Assembly (NCBI GenBank): GCA_031400775.1
Contig: JANNQN010000289.1
Span: 108-64,107 of the forward strand
Source: Planctomycetia bacterium
GTDB lineage: Bacteria; Planctomycetota; Planctomycetia; Pirellulales; PALSA-1355
DNA: 64,000 bases
Direction of reading: 5' to 3'
Position 1 is the first letter of the stretch. Every line of letters starts with the position of its first letter. The notes beneath the pieces were generated by a model. The model was not told the origin of the DNA. It made no database searches and saw nothing but the letters and a program-made list of their open reading frames with translations. Shown in pieces: positions 51,673 through 61,899 of the stretch. The translations under genes were made by a program, and so were the position numbers.

Positions 51673-52068
51673 TTATTTCTTCTTGTAAACTTCCTTGGGA
51701 TCGAAAACCCGCTCGCCGATAACTTTCAAACCCGCGGGCGTGACCTGGCGGAAGAAGCAGCTTGAGTATCCTTCGTGACAGGCTGCCCCGCCGATCTGGT
51801 CGACCTTGAGCAGGATGGTGTCGGCGTCGCAATCGAGAAAGATGCCTTTGACAGTCTGCACGTTGCCGCTTTCTTCGCCTTTGCGCCACAGCTTGTTGCG
51901 GCTGCGGCTAAAGTAGACCGCGCGGCCGGTGGCCACGGTTTCGTCGTAGCTTTCCCGGTTCATGTAGGCCAACATCAGGACTTCGCCCGTGGCGGCATCC
52001 TGCGCGATCGCCGGCAGCAGTCCGTCCCCCTTGGAGAAATCGGGCGTTTGAGAAGCAGGGGTGGTCAC
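51673..52068 (-). CDS. hisI: phosphoribosyl-AMP cyclohydrolase (monofunctional)
   Basis: 131-aa [56 protein letters not shown]...[27 protein letters not shown]. Confidence 0.9.
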   Translation of the reverse strand: MTTPASQTPDFSKGDGLLPAIAQDAATGEVLMLAYMNRESYDETVATGRAVYFSRSRNKLWRKGEESGNVQTVKGIFLDCDADTILLKVDQIGGAACHEGYSSCFFRQVTPAGLKVIGERVFDPKEVYKKK

Positions 52069-52199
52069 GGCAGATAAACTCCGAAGGACAGTGTCGCGCG
52101 AGTGAAAAACTAGAGTTCTAGGGGACTCACGTCAGCCGGCGAAACGTCTCAGCATAGTCGCTAGATAGCGCCAGTTCCAGCGCGCTGGGAACGGGTGTC

Positions 52200-52448
52200 T
52201 CAAATGTGTGTTGCCGGCGTTAGGCATTGCTCGTGCCAAATGCCTGGAACGTCGAGCAACTCATAAAGGACATCGCCGCGGTGGTAGAAGCTCACTCGTT
52301 CGACCGATGCGGTTCGTCCAGCGTAGGCAAGTTGAGTTGGCTCAAGGTTGTGGTGGTATTTCCAGGTTTGGTCGAACTCTTGTAGTTGCTGCAAGTCGGC
52401 AATTCGGACCTGTGAGCCGACAGGGAAATCTTCGTTGTATAGGGCCAT
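52200..52448 (-). CDS. small hypothetical protein (82 aa), lower G+C
   Basis: Non-repetitive, globular-looking sequence (MALYNEDFPVGSQVRIADLQQLQEFDQTWKYHHNLEP...GDVLYELLDVPGIWHEQCL). 127 G+C in 240 hand-counted nt (~53%). No SD. I do not recognise the family. Confidence 0.45.
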   Translation of the reverse strand: MALYNEDFPVGSQVRIADLQQLQEFDQTWKYHHNLEPTQLAYAGRTASVERVSFYHRGDVLYELLDVPGIWHEQCLTPATHI

Positions 52449-52601
52449 CGTGTCAGCGGTTCACAACCGTCTTGAATAGTTCGTCAAAGCTCCAAACGTG
52501 CCCAGTCAGTCCTGCCATCATAGCAGCCGTGCCCCGCTTCGCGCCGTTCGCCCCCGACTAGCCGGTCTGCCAACAGAAGATTTTTGGGCTGACGCACGCC
52601 C

Positions 52602-52610
52602 TGCTATACT
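52602..52610 (+). promoter_or_regulatory. extended -10 element TGcTATACT only 6 nt upstream of ATG 52617 (possible leaderless transcript)
   Basis: TGCTATACT at 52602..52610. No SD can fit between it and the start codon. Confidence 0.35.
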
Positions 52611-52616
52611 GCCGGG

Positions 52617-53462
52617 ATGATTTCATATTGGCGACACGTCTTGCTCACGCTCGTGGCATTGGCGGCCGCGCCGTTGCACGCGCAAGAGAAACCGTCGGCG
52701 ATTTGGGTCATGAAGGCGGACGGCAGCCAGGCGCGCAAATTGGTCGACGTCGAAGGTCACACGGACCAGGCGGCGGCTCGCTGGTCGCGAGATGGCAAGC
52801 AGGTCCTCTTCGACGCAGTGGACGCGAATACGCGCGCTCGCGAGCTGTTTGTCGTCAACGCCGATGGCAGCCGGCTTCGCAAACTGGGTCCTGGTGCGCG
52901 GGCCGATTGGTCCCCCGACGGCAAGCAAATCGTCTCGGACGATGGGCGCGAGGCTTTCGTGCAGAACGTGGATGGCCAGGGACGCGACAGAATCACCACC
53001 GGACGATCGCCGCGATGGTCGCCCGACGGCAGTCAGATCGCCGTAGCCGAGGACCGCAATTTGCATATCGTCGATATGGTGACCAACGAACGGCGGGCCT
53101 TGTTTGCGGAGCCTTTCTCCACGTTATACGAAGGAGTTTGTTGGTCGCCGGATGGGAAAGATATCGCGCTGGTCTGCCATCCCGTTGACGGACCGCGTCG
53201 ACAGTTGCTGATCGTCAGTTCGCAGGGCGCCGAGCGGGGCGTGCGGCCCCGGTTGCAAACGGAAGGCGGGATGTCCAGCACGCCCTGCTATTCACCGGAC
53301 GGCAAAAAGATCGCCTACTCGGCCGCCTATCTGATCCTGATCGTGGACGTCGAAGGCAGCGGGCGGCCGAAGATGCTGCCGGATCAGAAAGGTCAGAACT
53401 TCGAGCCCGACTGGTCGCCCGATGGGAAATGGATCGCGTTCACGAGCGATCGGGAGCCGTAA
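52617..53462 (+). CDS. secreted TolB/PD40-like beta-propeller protein (paralog family member)
   Basis: 281-aa ORF. Signal peptide. Colinear with residues ~40-310 of 8685..10577 and with 61900..62775 (VMKADGSQARKLV...WSPDGKQIV...SPRWSPDGSQIAV...VDVEGSGRPKMLPDQKGQNFEPDWSPDGKWIAFTSDRE). Confidence 0.8.
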   Translation: MISYWRHVLLTLVALAAAPLHAQEKPSAIWVMKADGSQARKLVDVEGHTDQAAARWSRDGKQVLFDAVDANTRARELFVVNADGSRLRKLGPGARADWSPDGKQIVSDDGREAFVQNVDGQGRDRITTGRSPRWSPDGSQIAVAEDRNLHIVDMVTNERRALFAEPFSTLYEGVCWSPDGKDIALVCHPVDGPRRQLLIVSSQGAERGVRPRLQTEGGMSSTPCYSPDGKKIAYSAAYLILIVDVEGSGRPKMLPDQKGQNFEPDWSPDGKWIAFTSDREP

Positions 53463-53643
53463 CGGCCGCTGCTGCCTTTCCTGGTGGAATGCTGGAACGA
53501 GCGGCCTATCAGGACGGCACCGGCGTTCATGTCTGATTCTCCCATTGGGCGACCACTAACCCGACGCGCCGGCCTTGCAGAATAGCGTCCCAATAGCAGG
53601 GGTCCACCTCTCTACGCCTGTACGACGAGGAACCGCTAATGGA

Positions 53644-53710
53644 TGCGAATGAACGCTAATCAAGAGAACAGCGGGAATGTATTCGCGACTATTCGCGTGC
53701 ATTCGCGGTC
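53644..53710. repeat. decamer-periodic ATTCGCG repeat (3 tandem units) with an upstream inverted partner
   Basis: ATTCGCGACT-ATTCGCGTGC-ATTCGCGGTC at 53681..53710, period exactly 10 nt. Upstream, TGCGAATGAACGC (53644..53656) is the imperfect inverted partner of GCGTGCATTCGCG. Confidence 0.75.
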
Positions 53711-53883
53711 CACAATTCGAAAGGTAACTCGTGGCGCTTACCCTCGCCGGCGCGTCGGGTTAGTGGGGATTCGAGAAGGTCGCGAGCGACCGAGCGCGCC
53801 TTGCCGCGCTCCGGCGAGCGGGTATGGTGATAGCGGAGCCTTTTGCTCCATTCACAAGCTAATTCGCTCGCCGCAGGATAACC

Positions 53884-54108
53884 ATGACCGATTCGCAACC
53901 CGCCCGACAGTCGCAACGGATGGTGCTGGCTCTGATTTTTGGCGGGCTGGTGCTGTGGGGGGCTTATGTCGCGATCGGCGCGTTTCTCTACAACCGCAAT
54001 CCGTGGCGGCCGCTGATCATCATGACGTCGGTCGGCCTGTTTCTGGGAATTTGGCTATTGTTGTTGTGGTCGCGCAGCCGGCGGCTGCCGCCGAAGATCG
54101 GGGACTAA
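53884..54108 (+). CDS. small membrane protein (2 TM helices), hypothetical
   Basis: 74-aa ORF with MVLALIFGGLVLWGAYVAIGAFL and LIIMTSVGLFLGIWLLLLW. Confidence 0.45.
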   Translation: MTDSQPARQSQRMVLALIFGGLVLWGAYVAIGAFLYNRNPWRPLIIMTSVGLFLGIWLLLLWSRSRRLPPKIGD

Positions 54109-54418
54109 CCGCTCGATGCAATTGCAGGCAGCGGAACTGTCCGCCGGCTCCCACGTCCCTGACGTGCCGCCGAAAAATCGACTCAACGTCCGGCCGATTC
54201 CCGCCTTGCATGCTCCCTGCCGCCGAGCGCGCGGCGACCCAAAGCCGGCCAGCGGCCGTAGAATTGACTGCGATCCGAGTGGTTCGACGTTGTTGATTCA
54301 GGGGCGATTGGGGCATAATCCGCCAAGCCCGTTCCACGGCTGCTCGATAGTTCTCGGATAGGGACTAAAGGGGTAGTGATTAAACGGGCAGGGCCGCGTT
54401 CCGCAAGAGGCTTATTTC

Positions 54419-56122
<1,704 letters not shown>

Positions 56123-56155
56123 CGCCAGCCCAACCGCCGCGGCCAAAGCGATGCC

Positions 56156-56956
56156 ATGCCGCCATTTTCCAACTCCGTGATCGTCATCACCGGCGCCTCG
56201 ACGGGGCTTGGCCGGGCGTTGGCGCTCGAGCTGGCGACGCAACGGCCCAAGCTGGTGCTGGCCGCCCGCGATCAGGCGCGGTTGGAGCAAGTCGCGGGCG
56301 ACTGCCGGCGGCTGGGGGCCGAAGCGCTGGTCGTGGCGGTTGACCTGTGCAAGCGCGAGCAGTGCCAACATCTGATCGAGCGAACGTCCGAGCATTTTGG
56401 CCGCCTTGACGTGCTGGTCAACAACGCCGGCCGGGCGATGTGGGCCCGCTTCGACGAACTGGCCGATCCAGGGATTTTCGACGAGCTGATGCGGCTCAAC
56501 TACCTGGGCAGCGTGCATTGCACACACTACGCCCTGCCGATGTTGAAGGAATCGCGGGGGCTGATCGTGGCGATGGCCAGCCTGTCGGGCTTGATCGGAG
56601 TGCCGCTGTTGTCGGGCTATGCGGCCACGAAGCACGCCATGATCGGCTTCTTCGAGTCGATTCGGATCGAGCTGGCCGAAAGCGGCGTGGGGGTGACGAT
56701 CGTCGCGCCGGATTTCGTTCAATCCGAGATTCTGCGGCGGGCCGTCGACGCCGAGGGGCGGGCGCTGGAGGTGAGCCCGCTCGACCAGGCGAATCTCTTG
56801 GCAGCCGACGTTTTTGCCCGGAGGGTGGTGAAAGCCATTCAGCGTCGCGAGCGGCTGGTGCTGACCTCGTACCGATCGCGCTGGGCTCGCTGGGGACAGT
56901 TGGTGGCCCCCAGGCTCGTCGATTGGATCGCGAAATCGGCCGTGAGATTCCGCTGA
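56156..56956 (+). CDS. short-chain dehydrogenase/reductase (SDR)
   Basis: VITGASTGLGRA (TGxxxGxG), NNAG, YAATKHA (YxxxK). Confidence 0.9.
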   Translation: MPPFSNSVIVITGASTGLGRALALELATQRPKLVLAARDQARLEQVAGDCRRLGAEALVVAVDLCKREQCQHLIERTSEHFGRLDVLVNNAGRAMWARFDELADPGIFDELMRLNYLGSVHCTHYALPMLKESRGLIVAMASLSGLIGVPLLSGYAATKHAMIGFFESIRIELAESGVGVTIVAPDFVQSEILRRAVDAEGRALEVSPLDQANLLAADVFARRVVKAIQRRERLVLTSYRSRWARWGQLVAPRLVDWIAKSAVRFR

Positions 56957-57056
56957 CAATCGGTATTGGGGCGACCGGCCGCGCGACGTTAAGATTCTCG
57001 CCGACAAATGCGCTCCCTTTCGCTTCCAGGGTACCGATAATTCGCGTCGATACTTC

Positions 57057-58100
57057 ATGACCCACCCCGCACCGAACGCCCGAATTCTGATCGTGCGATT
57101 AAGCGCCATCGGCGACGTGTTGCACGGCCTGCCGGTGCTGAACGCGCTGCGCGATTCGTTGCCCGGCGCGTTTTTGGCCTGGGTGGTCGAGGGCCGCGCG
57201 GCGCAATTGCTGCGGGGGCATCGAGCCTTGGACGAGCTGGTCGAACTTCCGCGAGGCTGGCTTAAGTCGCCCCTCGCAATCCTCGATCTGCGCCGCAAGC
57301 TGCGCTTCCTGGGCTTCGACGTCACGATCGATCTGCAAGGACTGAGCAAAAGCGCGATCGCCGCGCGGCTTTCGGGCGCGCCGCGCCGCATCGGGTTCGA
57401 CGGCGTCGACGGCCGCGAGATCAGCCCCTGGCTGAACAACGAACGGGTCGAGGCCACGCGAACCCACGTGATCGACCGCAATCTCGAGTTGCTGGGCCGC
57501 TTGGGAATATTGAATCCGGCGGTTCGCTTCGACCTGACGGATACTTCAGCGACCGCCTCCGCCGTCGACAACATGCTGGAGTCGCTAAGGCCCAATGCGA
57601 GCTTCGCGGTCATCAATCCCGGCGCCGGTTGGAACTCCAAGCTCTGGCCCGCCCCGCGCTACGGCGCCGTGGCGCGGCACTTGGGACAGGCGCGCGGATT
57701 GAAGTCGCTGGTCGTGTGGGCCGGAGATCAGGAGCGCGCCTGGGCCGAGGAGATCGTCGCCGGCTCGGGCGGCTTTGCATCGCGCGCGCCATCCACCAGC
57801 TTGCCGGAACTGGCGGCGCTGGTGCGGCGGGCAGTGCTATTCGTCGGCTCCGACACGGGCCCGCTGCACCTGGCGGCCGCGGTGGGCACGCCCTGCGTGG
57901 GCATGTTTGGCCCTTCGCCGGGAGAACGCAACGGGCCCTACGGCTCGACGCACGTCACGCTGCAAAAGGTCCGGATGACCGGCTCCAGCAAGGAGCGGCG
58001 AACGGCCAGCGGAGATGCGATGGCCGCCATCTCGATAGACGACGTATGCGCGGCGTGCGACCGGATTCTCGATCGCCTGTCGCTAAAGCTGACAGGCTAG
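57057..58100 (+). CDS. glycosyltransferase family 9 (LPS heptosyltransferase-like)
   Basis: ILIVRLSAIGDVLHGLPVLNALR...INPGAGWNSKLWP...FVGSDTGPLHLAAAVGTPCVGMFGPS. Confidence 0.85.
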   Translation: MTHPAPNARILIVRLSAIGDVLHGLPVLNALRDSLPGAFLAWVVEGRAAQLLRGHRALDELVELPRGWLKSPLAILDLRRKLRFLGFDVTIDLQGLSKSAIAARLSGAPRRIGFDGVDGREISPWLNNERVEATRTHVIDRNLELLGRLGILNPAVRFDLTDTSATASAVDNMLESLRPNASFAVINPGAGWNSKLWPAPRYGAVARHLGQARGLKSLVVWAGDQERAWAEEIVAGSGGFASRAPSTSLPELAALVRRAVLFVGSDTGPLHLAAAVGTPCVGMFGPSPGERNGPYGSTHVTLQKVRMTGSSKERRTASGDAMAAISIDDVCAACDRILDRLSLKLTG

Positions 58101-58128
58101 TCCCAACTGGGTCCAGTCACGCTTCGCG

Positions 58129-59028
58129 TCACGCAGCTCGCAGTCGGGATTTCTGTGCGTCCGAAGAAGCCGCGTCGGCCTCCGACATCTCGGGCCCGGC
58201 GAAGCGAATCAGTTGCGGAGCGCCGGCCGAGCGCTCGGCTTCCGGATCGGGCTGAGCTTTGGCGTAATGAAGCTCCCACAATCGGGCCTGCTTCATGAAT
58301 ACGTAGAACGACGTGTAGGCGCAAATCTGCAAGCCCGGAATGCCATCCAGGAAACCACCTCGCAACAGATACAGTTGCAGGAACCGCGCGGGCGCCCGGA
58401 AGAACATCGAAATCAGGCTGACCTTCTTGCCTTCGTCGCGAAGGTTCAACGAGCCCCAGGTGGCATAGCGGTTGAGCTTGTGCCAATAATCCTCGGAGCT
58501 CCAGGTCGTATAGTGATCGAACGGCTGCTTGAGCCGGCGCACGCGCGCACGCGGCATCTCGATTTCGGCGTGTACCCATCGCTCGCGATAGCGGCCCACG
58601 TCGCGGCGAAACAATCGCAACACGTCGTCGCGATTCCAACCGCAATGCGCAATGTGGTAGCCGAGATAGTGGTTGCGGCGCCCGATCCAGTAGCCGTCGA
58701 TCTCGGGCTGCGGGGCGGCGAGCACTTGCCGAATCTCGGCCGCCAGCTTGTCGGTCACGCGCTCGTCGGCATCGACGATCAGCACCCAGGGATGGCGAGC
58801 CTGAGGGATGGCCCAATTCTTGAAATTGGCCGAATGCACGTATTCGCGCTCGATGATGCGGCAACCGCCGGCGTCGCGGACGATGTCCAGAGTGCCATCC
58901 TTGGAACCAGAATCGGCAATCAGAATTTCGTCGGCGACCGAGCGGGCAGACTCGATGCAGGGCCGGATGTTGCGACGCTCGTCCTTGCAGGGAATCAATA
59001 CGGTGAGCTTGGCCGTCATGGGACGCAT
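58129..59028 (-). CDS. glycosyltransferase family 2
   Basis: LTVLIPCKDE...ILIADSGSKDGT...VLIVDADE (DxD-type). Confidence 0.85.
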   Translation of the reverse strand: MRPMTAKLTVLIPCKDERRNIRPCIESARSVADEILIADSGSKDGTLDIVRDAGGCRIIEREYVHSANFKNWAIPQARHPWVLIVDADERVTDKLAAEIRQVLAAPQPEIDGYWIGRRNHYLGYHIAHCGWNRDDVLRLFRRDVGRYRERWVHAEIEMPRARVRRLKQPFDHYTTWSSEDYWHKLNRYATWGSLNLRDEGKKVSLISMFFRAPARFLQLYLLRGGFLDGIPGLQICAYTSFYVFMKQARLWELHYAKAQPDPEAERSAGAPQLIRFAGPEMSEADAASSDAQKSRLRAA

Positions 59029-59272
59029 CCTGGGGCAAAGACACTAGAAACACTCCGCCGTTATAAGTGTCGGCCGCGGCAAAGCCGATACTTTCGAGAA
59101 TTGCGCCGCAATCCGAAAAATCTCGCCCAAGTCCCCAGCTTACGCCCAGCTTACGAATCGTGGGCCGCTTGGGCATCGCGAAGGGGGCGCGGACTCAGGC
59201 TCAAATGCCCGATGTGCTAGCGTGCCGCGGCTCGAGACGGCAATCGTGGCGGGTTTCCGGCGCCGCGAGAAA

Positions 59273-59884
59273 TCACGAAGCCGGCGGAGCGCCCCTGCCC
59301 TGCCCGTACAGAAACGGATTCATCGAGGGGTCGTTATACATCTTGAACTGGAAGTAGACCTTCAACCGCTTGCGGCCGGCGAAGATATCGTCCAGCAGTT
59401 CCGATAGCGCCCGCGACAGATCGCGGTGTTGCTCGGCCAGGATCTCGAGCCGCGCGCGTGCCTTGGCGCGGTGCTCTTCGCTGGCATCCGCGCGGTCAGC
59501 CTGTTCCTGCATGTGGAAGCGCCGCAGGGACAGGATCGAAAGCCGGTCGATCGTGCTGCCGGGGGTTTCCGTGTTCTGGCGGGCGTCGGCGGCGGGCACG
59601 ACATTCTGCGCCGCCAGCTCGCGCAGCAAGTAAGCGTCGAGCTGCTCGATCGCGTCGTTGCGCCGCTGGTTGAAACCGTCAATCGCGCGTTTGACCGCGG
59701 CGATCCGCTCGTCGCCCACGTTGGGGCTGCGGGCCACATCTTCCTCGTGCCACAACTGGTAATTGTACGTGTGCTGCTGGCAGACCACTTGCAGAAACCC
59801 TTGGTAGGGATTGCTGATTTCCTGCGTATGCCACAGCGCGACCGTTTGGACTTGCAAGTCGGTGATTTGTTGAACGTCGATCAT
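59273..59884 (-). CDS. DUF4254 domain-containing protein
   Basis: Track ORF is trimmed to ATG 59884 (MIDVQQITDLQ). LWHEEDVARS...ETPGSTIDRLSILSLRRFHM...KMYNDPSMNP is as I remember for DUF4254, which commonly neighbours heptosyltransferase genes. Confidence 0.7.
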   Translation of the reverse strand: MIDVQQITDLQVQTVALWHTQEISNPYQGFLQVVCQQHTYNYQLWHEEDVARSPNVGDERIAAVKRAIDGFNQRRNDAIEQLDAYLLRELAAQNVVPAADARQNTETPGSTIDRLSILSLRRFHMQEQADRADASEEHRAKARARLEILAEQHRDLSRALSELLDDIFAGRKRLKVYFQFKMYNDPSMNPFLYGQGRGAPPAS

Positions 59885-60044
59885 ACGTGCGATGTCGCGA
59901 TTTTGTTGCCGAGCGAAACGCCGGGAGAATTCCAGGGAACGGCCGAATTTTATCGCCGCTGCTGGCCGCTCACAAGGCGCCACGGCGCAGTCATGCCTCG
60001 CCGGCAATGCGTTGATCTAGGCCGCACCAGCGGGCAGGCATAGA

Positions 60045-61076
60045 ATGAACTTAATGGCATCCTCGACGGAGTACTCCATGACCAGGCCTTCCGGCCAGAC
60101 ATTATTGTTGGCGGCAGCCATTGCCGGAAGTTGCGCGCTGGTGGGCTATCAGCTCTGGTTTCACGACCCCAGCGCAAAAGCGGCCGCGGCCGCCGACGTC
60201 AAAAGCCGACTCACGTTGGCCGACATCCCCTTTGACGGGCAGCGGGCCTACGACTATCTGAACGATTTGTGCGCGCTGGGGCCGCGCGTCAGCGACTCGG
60301 AAGGAATGCGCGCGCAGCAGCAGATGCTCAGCGCGCACTTCAAGAAGCTGGGCGGTCAGGTTAGCCTGCAAAAATTTCGCGTTCGCCATCCCGAGACCGG
60401 CGCCGCGGTGTCGATGGCCAATATGGTCGTCGAGTGGCATCCCGAGCGCCGCGAGCGGATACTGTTGTGTACGCACTACGACACCAGGCCATTTCCCGAT
60501 CAGGACCGCCACAATCCCCGCGGCTTGTTTCTGGGCGCCAACGACGGGGCCAGCGGCACGGCCCTGTTGATGGAACTGGCGCACCAGATGGCCGACTTGA
60601 AGGGCGAGCTGGGAGTCGACTTCGTATTTTTCGACGCCGAGGAATTCGTGTTTCAGGAAGGCCGCGATCCGTACTTCGTCGGTTCCGAATACTTCGCCAC
60701 GAACTACGCCACCCAGAAGCCGGCATATCGCTATCGCTGGGGAGTCTTGCTCGACCTGGTGGCCGACGCCGACTTGCAGATCTATCCCGACCGGCAAAGC
60801 ATGTCGTGGGACGATACTCGGCCGCTGGTACAGGCGATCTGGGACACGGCCAAGCGGCTGGGCGTGCGCGAGTTCGTATTCAACAAGCGCTTCGACGTGT
60901 TGGACGACCACGTGAAGCTGCATAACATCGGCAAGATTCCTTGCTGCGACGTGATCGATTTCAATTACCCGGTTTGGCACACGCAGCAGGACACGCCCGA
61001 GCGCTGCTCGGCGCTGTCGCTGGCCAAGGTCGGCTGGGTCGTGCAAGAATGGCTCCGCCAGGCTGTGCGTAAGTAA
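60045..61076 (+). CDS. M28-family peptidase / glutaminyl-cyclase-like protein, membrane-anchored
   Basis: LCTHYDTRPF...GANDGASGTALLMELA...FVFFDAEE...DDHVKLH. N-terminal TM LLLAAAIAGSCALVGYQLW. The start could be M12. Confidence 0.8.
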   Translation: MNLMASSTEYSMTRPSGQTLLLAAAIAGSCALVGYQLWFHDPSAKAAAAADVKSRLTLADIPFDGQRAYDYLNDLCALGPRVSDSEGMRAQQQMLSAHFKKLGGQVSLQKFRVRHPETGAAVSMANMVVEWHPERRERILLCTHYDTRPFPDQDRHNPRGLFLGANDGASGTALLMELAHQMADLKGELGVDFVFFDAEEFVFQEGRDPYFVGSEYFATNYATQKPAYRYRWGVLLDLVADADLQIYPDRQSMSWDDTRPLVQAIWDTAKRLGVREFVFNKRFDVLDDHVKLHNIGKIPCCDVIDFNYPVWHTQQDTPERCSALSLAKVGWVVQEWLRQAVRK

Positions 61077-61127
61077 GTGGCCGTGCGCAAATAAGAAGCC
61101 GCTTCGAGGGGGCGCGTCGAGATCATC

Positions 61128-61778
61128 ATGGATACTTTTTCCGCCTGCGTGGCTCTGGGGCCGCTGGCGATTTATCTCTTGTTTTTGGGGGCGATCAACC
61201 TCAGCCGCCGGCCGCTGGTGGTGAGCGGCACGCGCGAGACCCTGTCGCTGGGGCTGGCCTTGGCGGGACTGGCGATCGTCGGGCCCATGCAACTTTTCAT
61301 GCCGCAGGAAGCCGCCACGCGCTTCGGCCCCTATGTTTGGATGCTGCTGGTGTGCTTCTACGTGCTGTGCCTGACGCTGGTCATCATGCTCAGCCGGCCG
61401 CGACTGGTCGTGTACAACATCTCGCTCGCGGAGTTGCAGCCGACTCTGGAAGAGACGGCGCTGCGGCTGGATGCTCAATCCACCTGGGCCGGAAAGTCGC
61501 TCAGCATGCCCTCGGCTCGGGTTCATCTGCAACTCGAAGATTTCTCGCCGCTGGCGAACGTCTCGCTGGTAGCGACGGGCGACGATCAGTGCATCGGCGG
61601 GTGGCGACGGCTGGCCGCTGCGCTGCGCGTCAAGCTCCGCGACGTGCCGCTGGCGACGCAGCCCCACGGCTTCTGGTTGACCGTGTGGGGATTGGCGATC
61701 CTGGCGGCCCTGGCCTACTGGGTGGCTGAAGATCCGCAGACCATCGCCCGCGGATTGGATCGGCTGCTGAATCCGTAA
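61128..61778 (+). CDS. integral membrane protein, hypothetical
   Basis: 216-aa ORF with ~4 TM helices. I do not recognise the family. Confidence 0.6.
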   Translation: MDTFSACVALGPLAIYLLFLGAINLSRRPLVVSGTRETLSLGLALAGLAIVGPMQLFMPQEAATRFGPYVWMLLVCFYVLCLTLVIMLSRPRLVVYNISLAELQPTLEETALRLDAQSTWAGKSLSMPSARVHLQLEDFSPLANVSLVATGDDQCIGGWRRLAAALRVKLRDVPLATQPHGFWLTVWGLAILAALAYWVAEDPQTIARGLDRLLNP

Positions 61779-61790
61779 TTGAATTTTCCT

Positions 61791-61860
61791 GCTTTGCGCC
61801 TTGGCGCCTTTGCGTGAGACAATCTCCGACAGCAAGGGCTCACGCCAAGGCGTAAAGAGG
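61791..61860. repeat. octamer-periodic TTTGCGCC/TTGGCGCC/TTTGCGTG element forming an imperfect hairpin with a downstream inverted partner
   Basis: Left arm GCTTTGCGCCTTGGCGCCTTTGCGTGAG (61791..61818). 20-nt loop. Right arm CTCACGCCAAGGCGTAAAGAGG (61839..61860). It lies between convergent stops 61778 (+) and 61900 (-). Confidence 0.75.
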
Positions 61861-61899
61861 AGTCGAATGCAGCCGGATTGTCGGCTGATTCAGAGGGGG

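Noticed and set aside
53643-54296. 217-aa plus-strand ORF starting inside the ATTCGCG repeat
   Set aside because: It is Arg-rich low-complexity, begins in repeat DNA and overlaps the more credible 74-aa membrane ORF in another frame.
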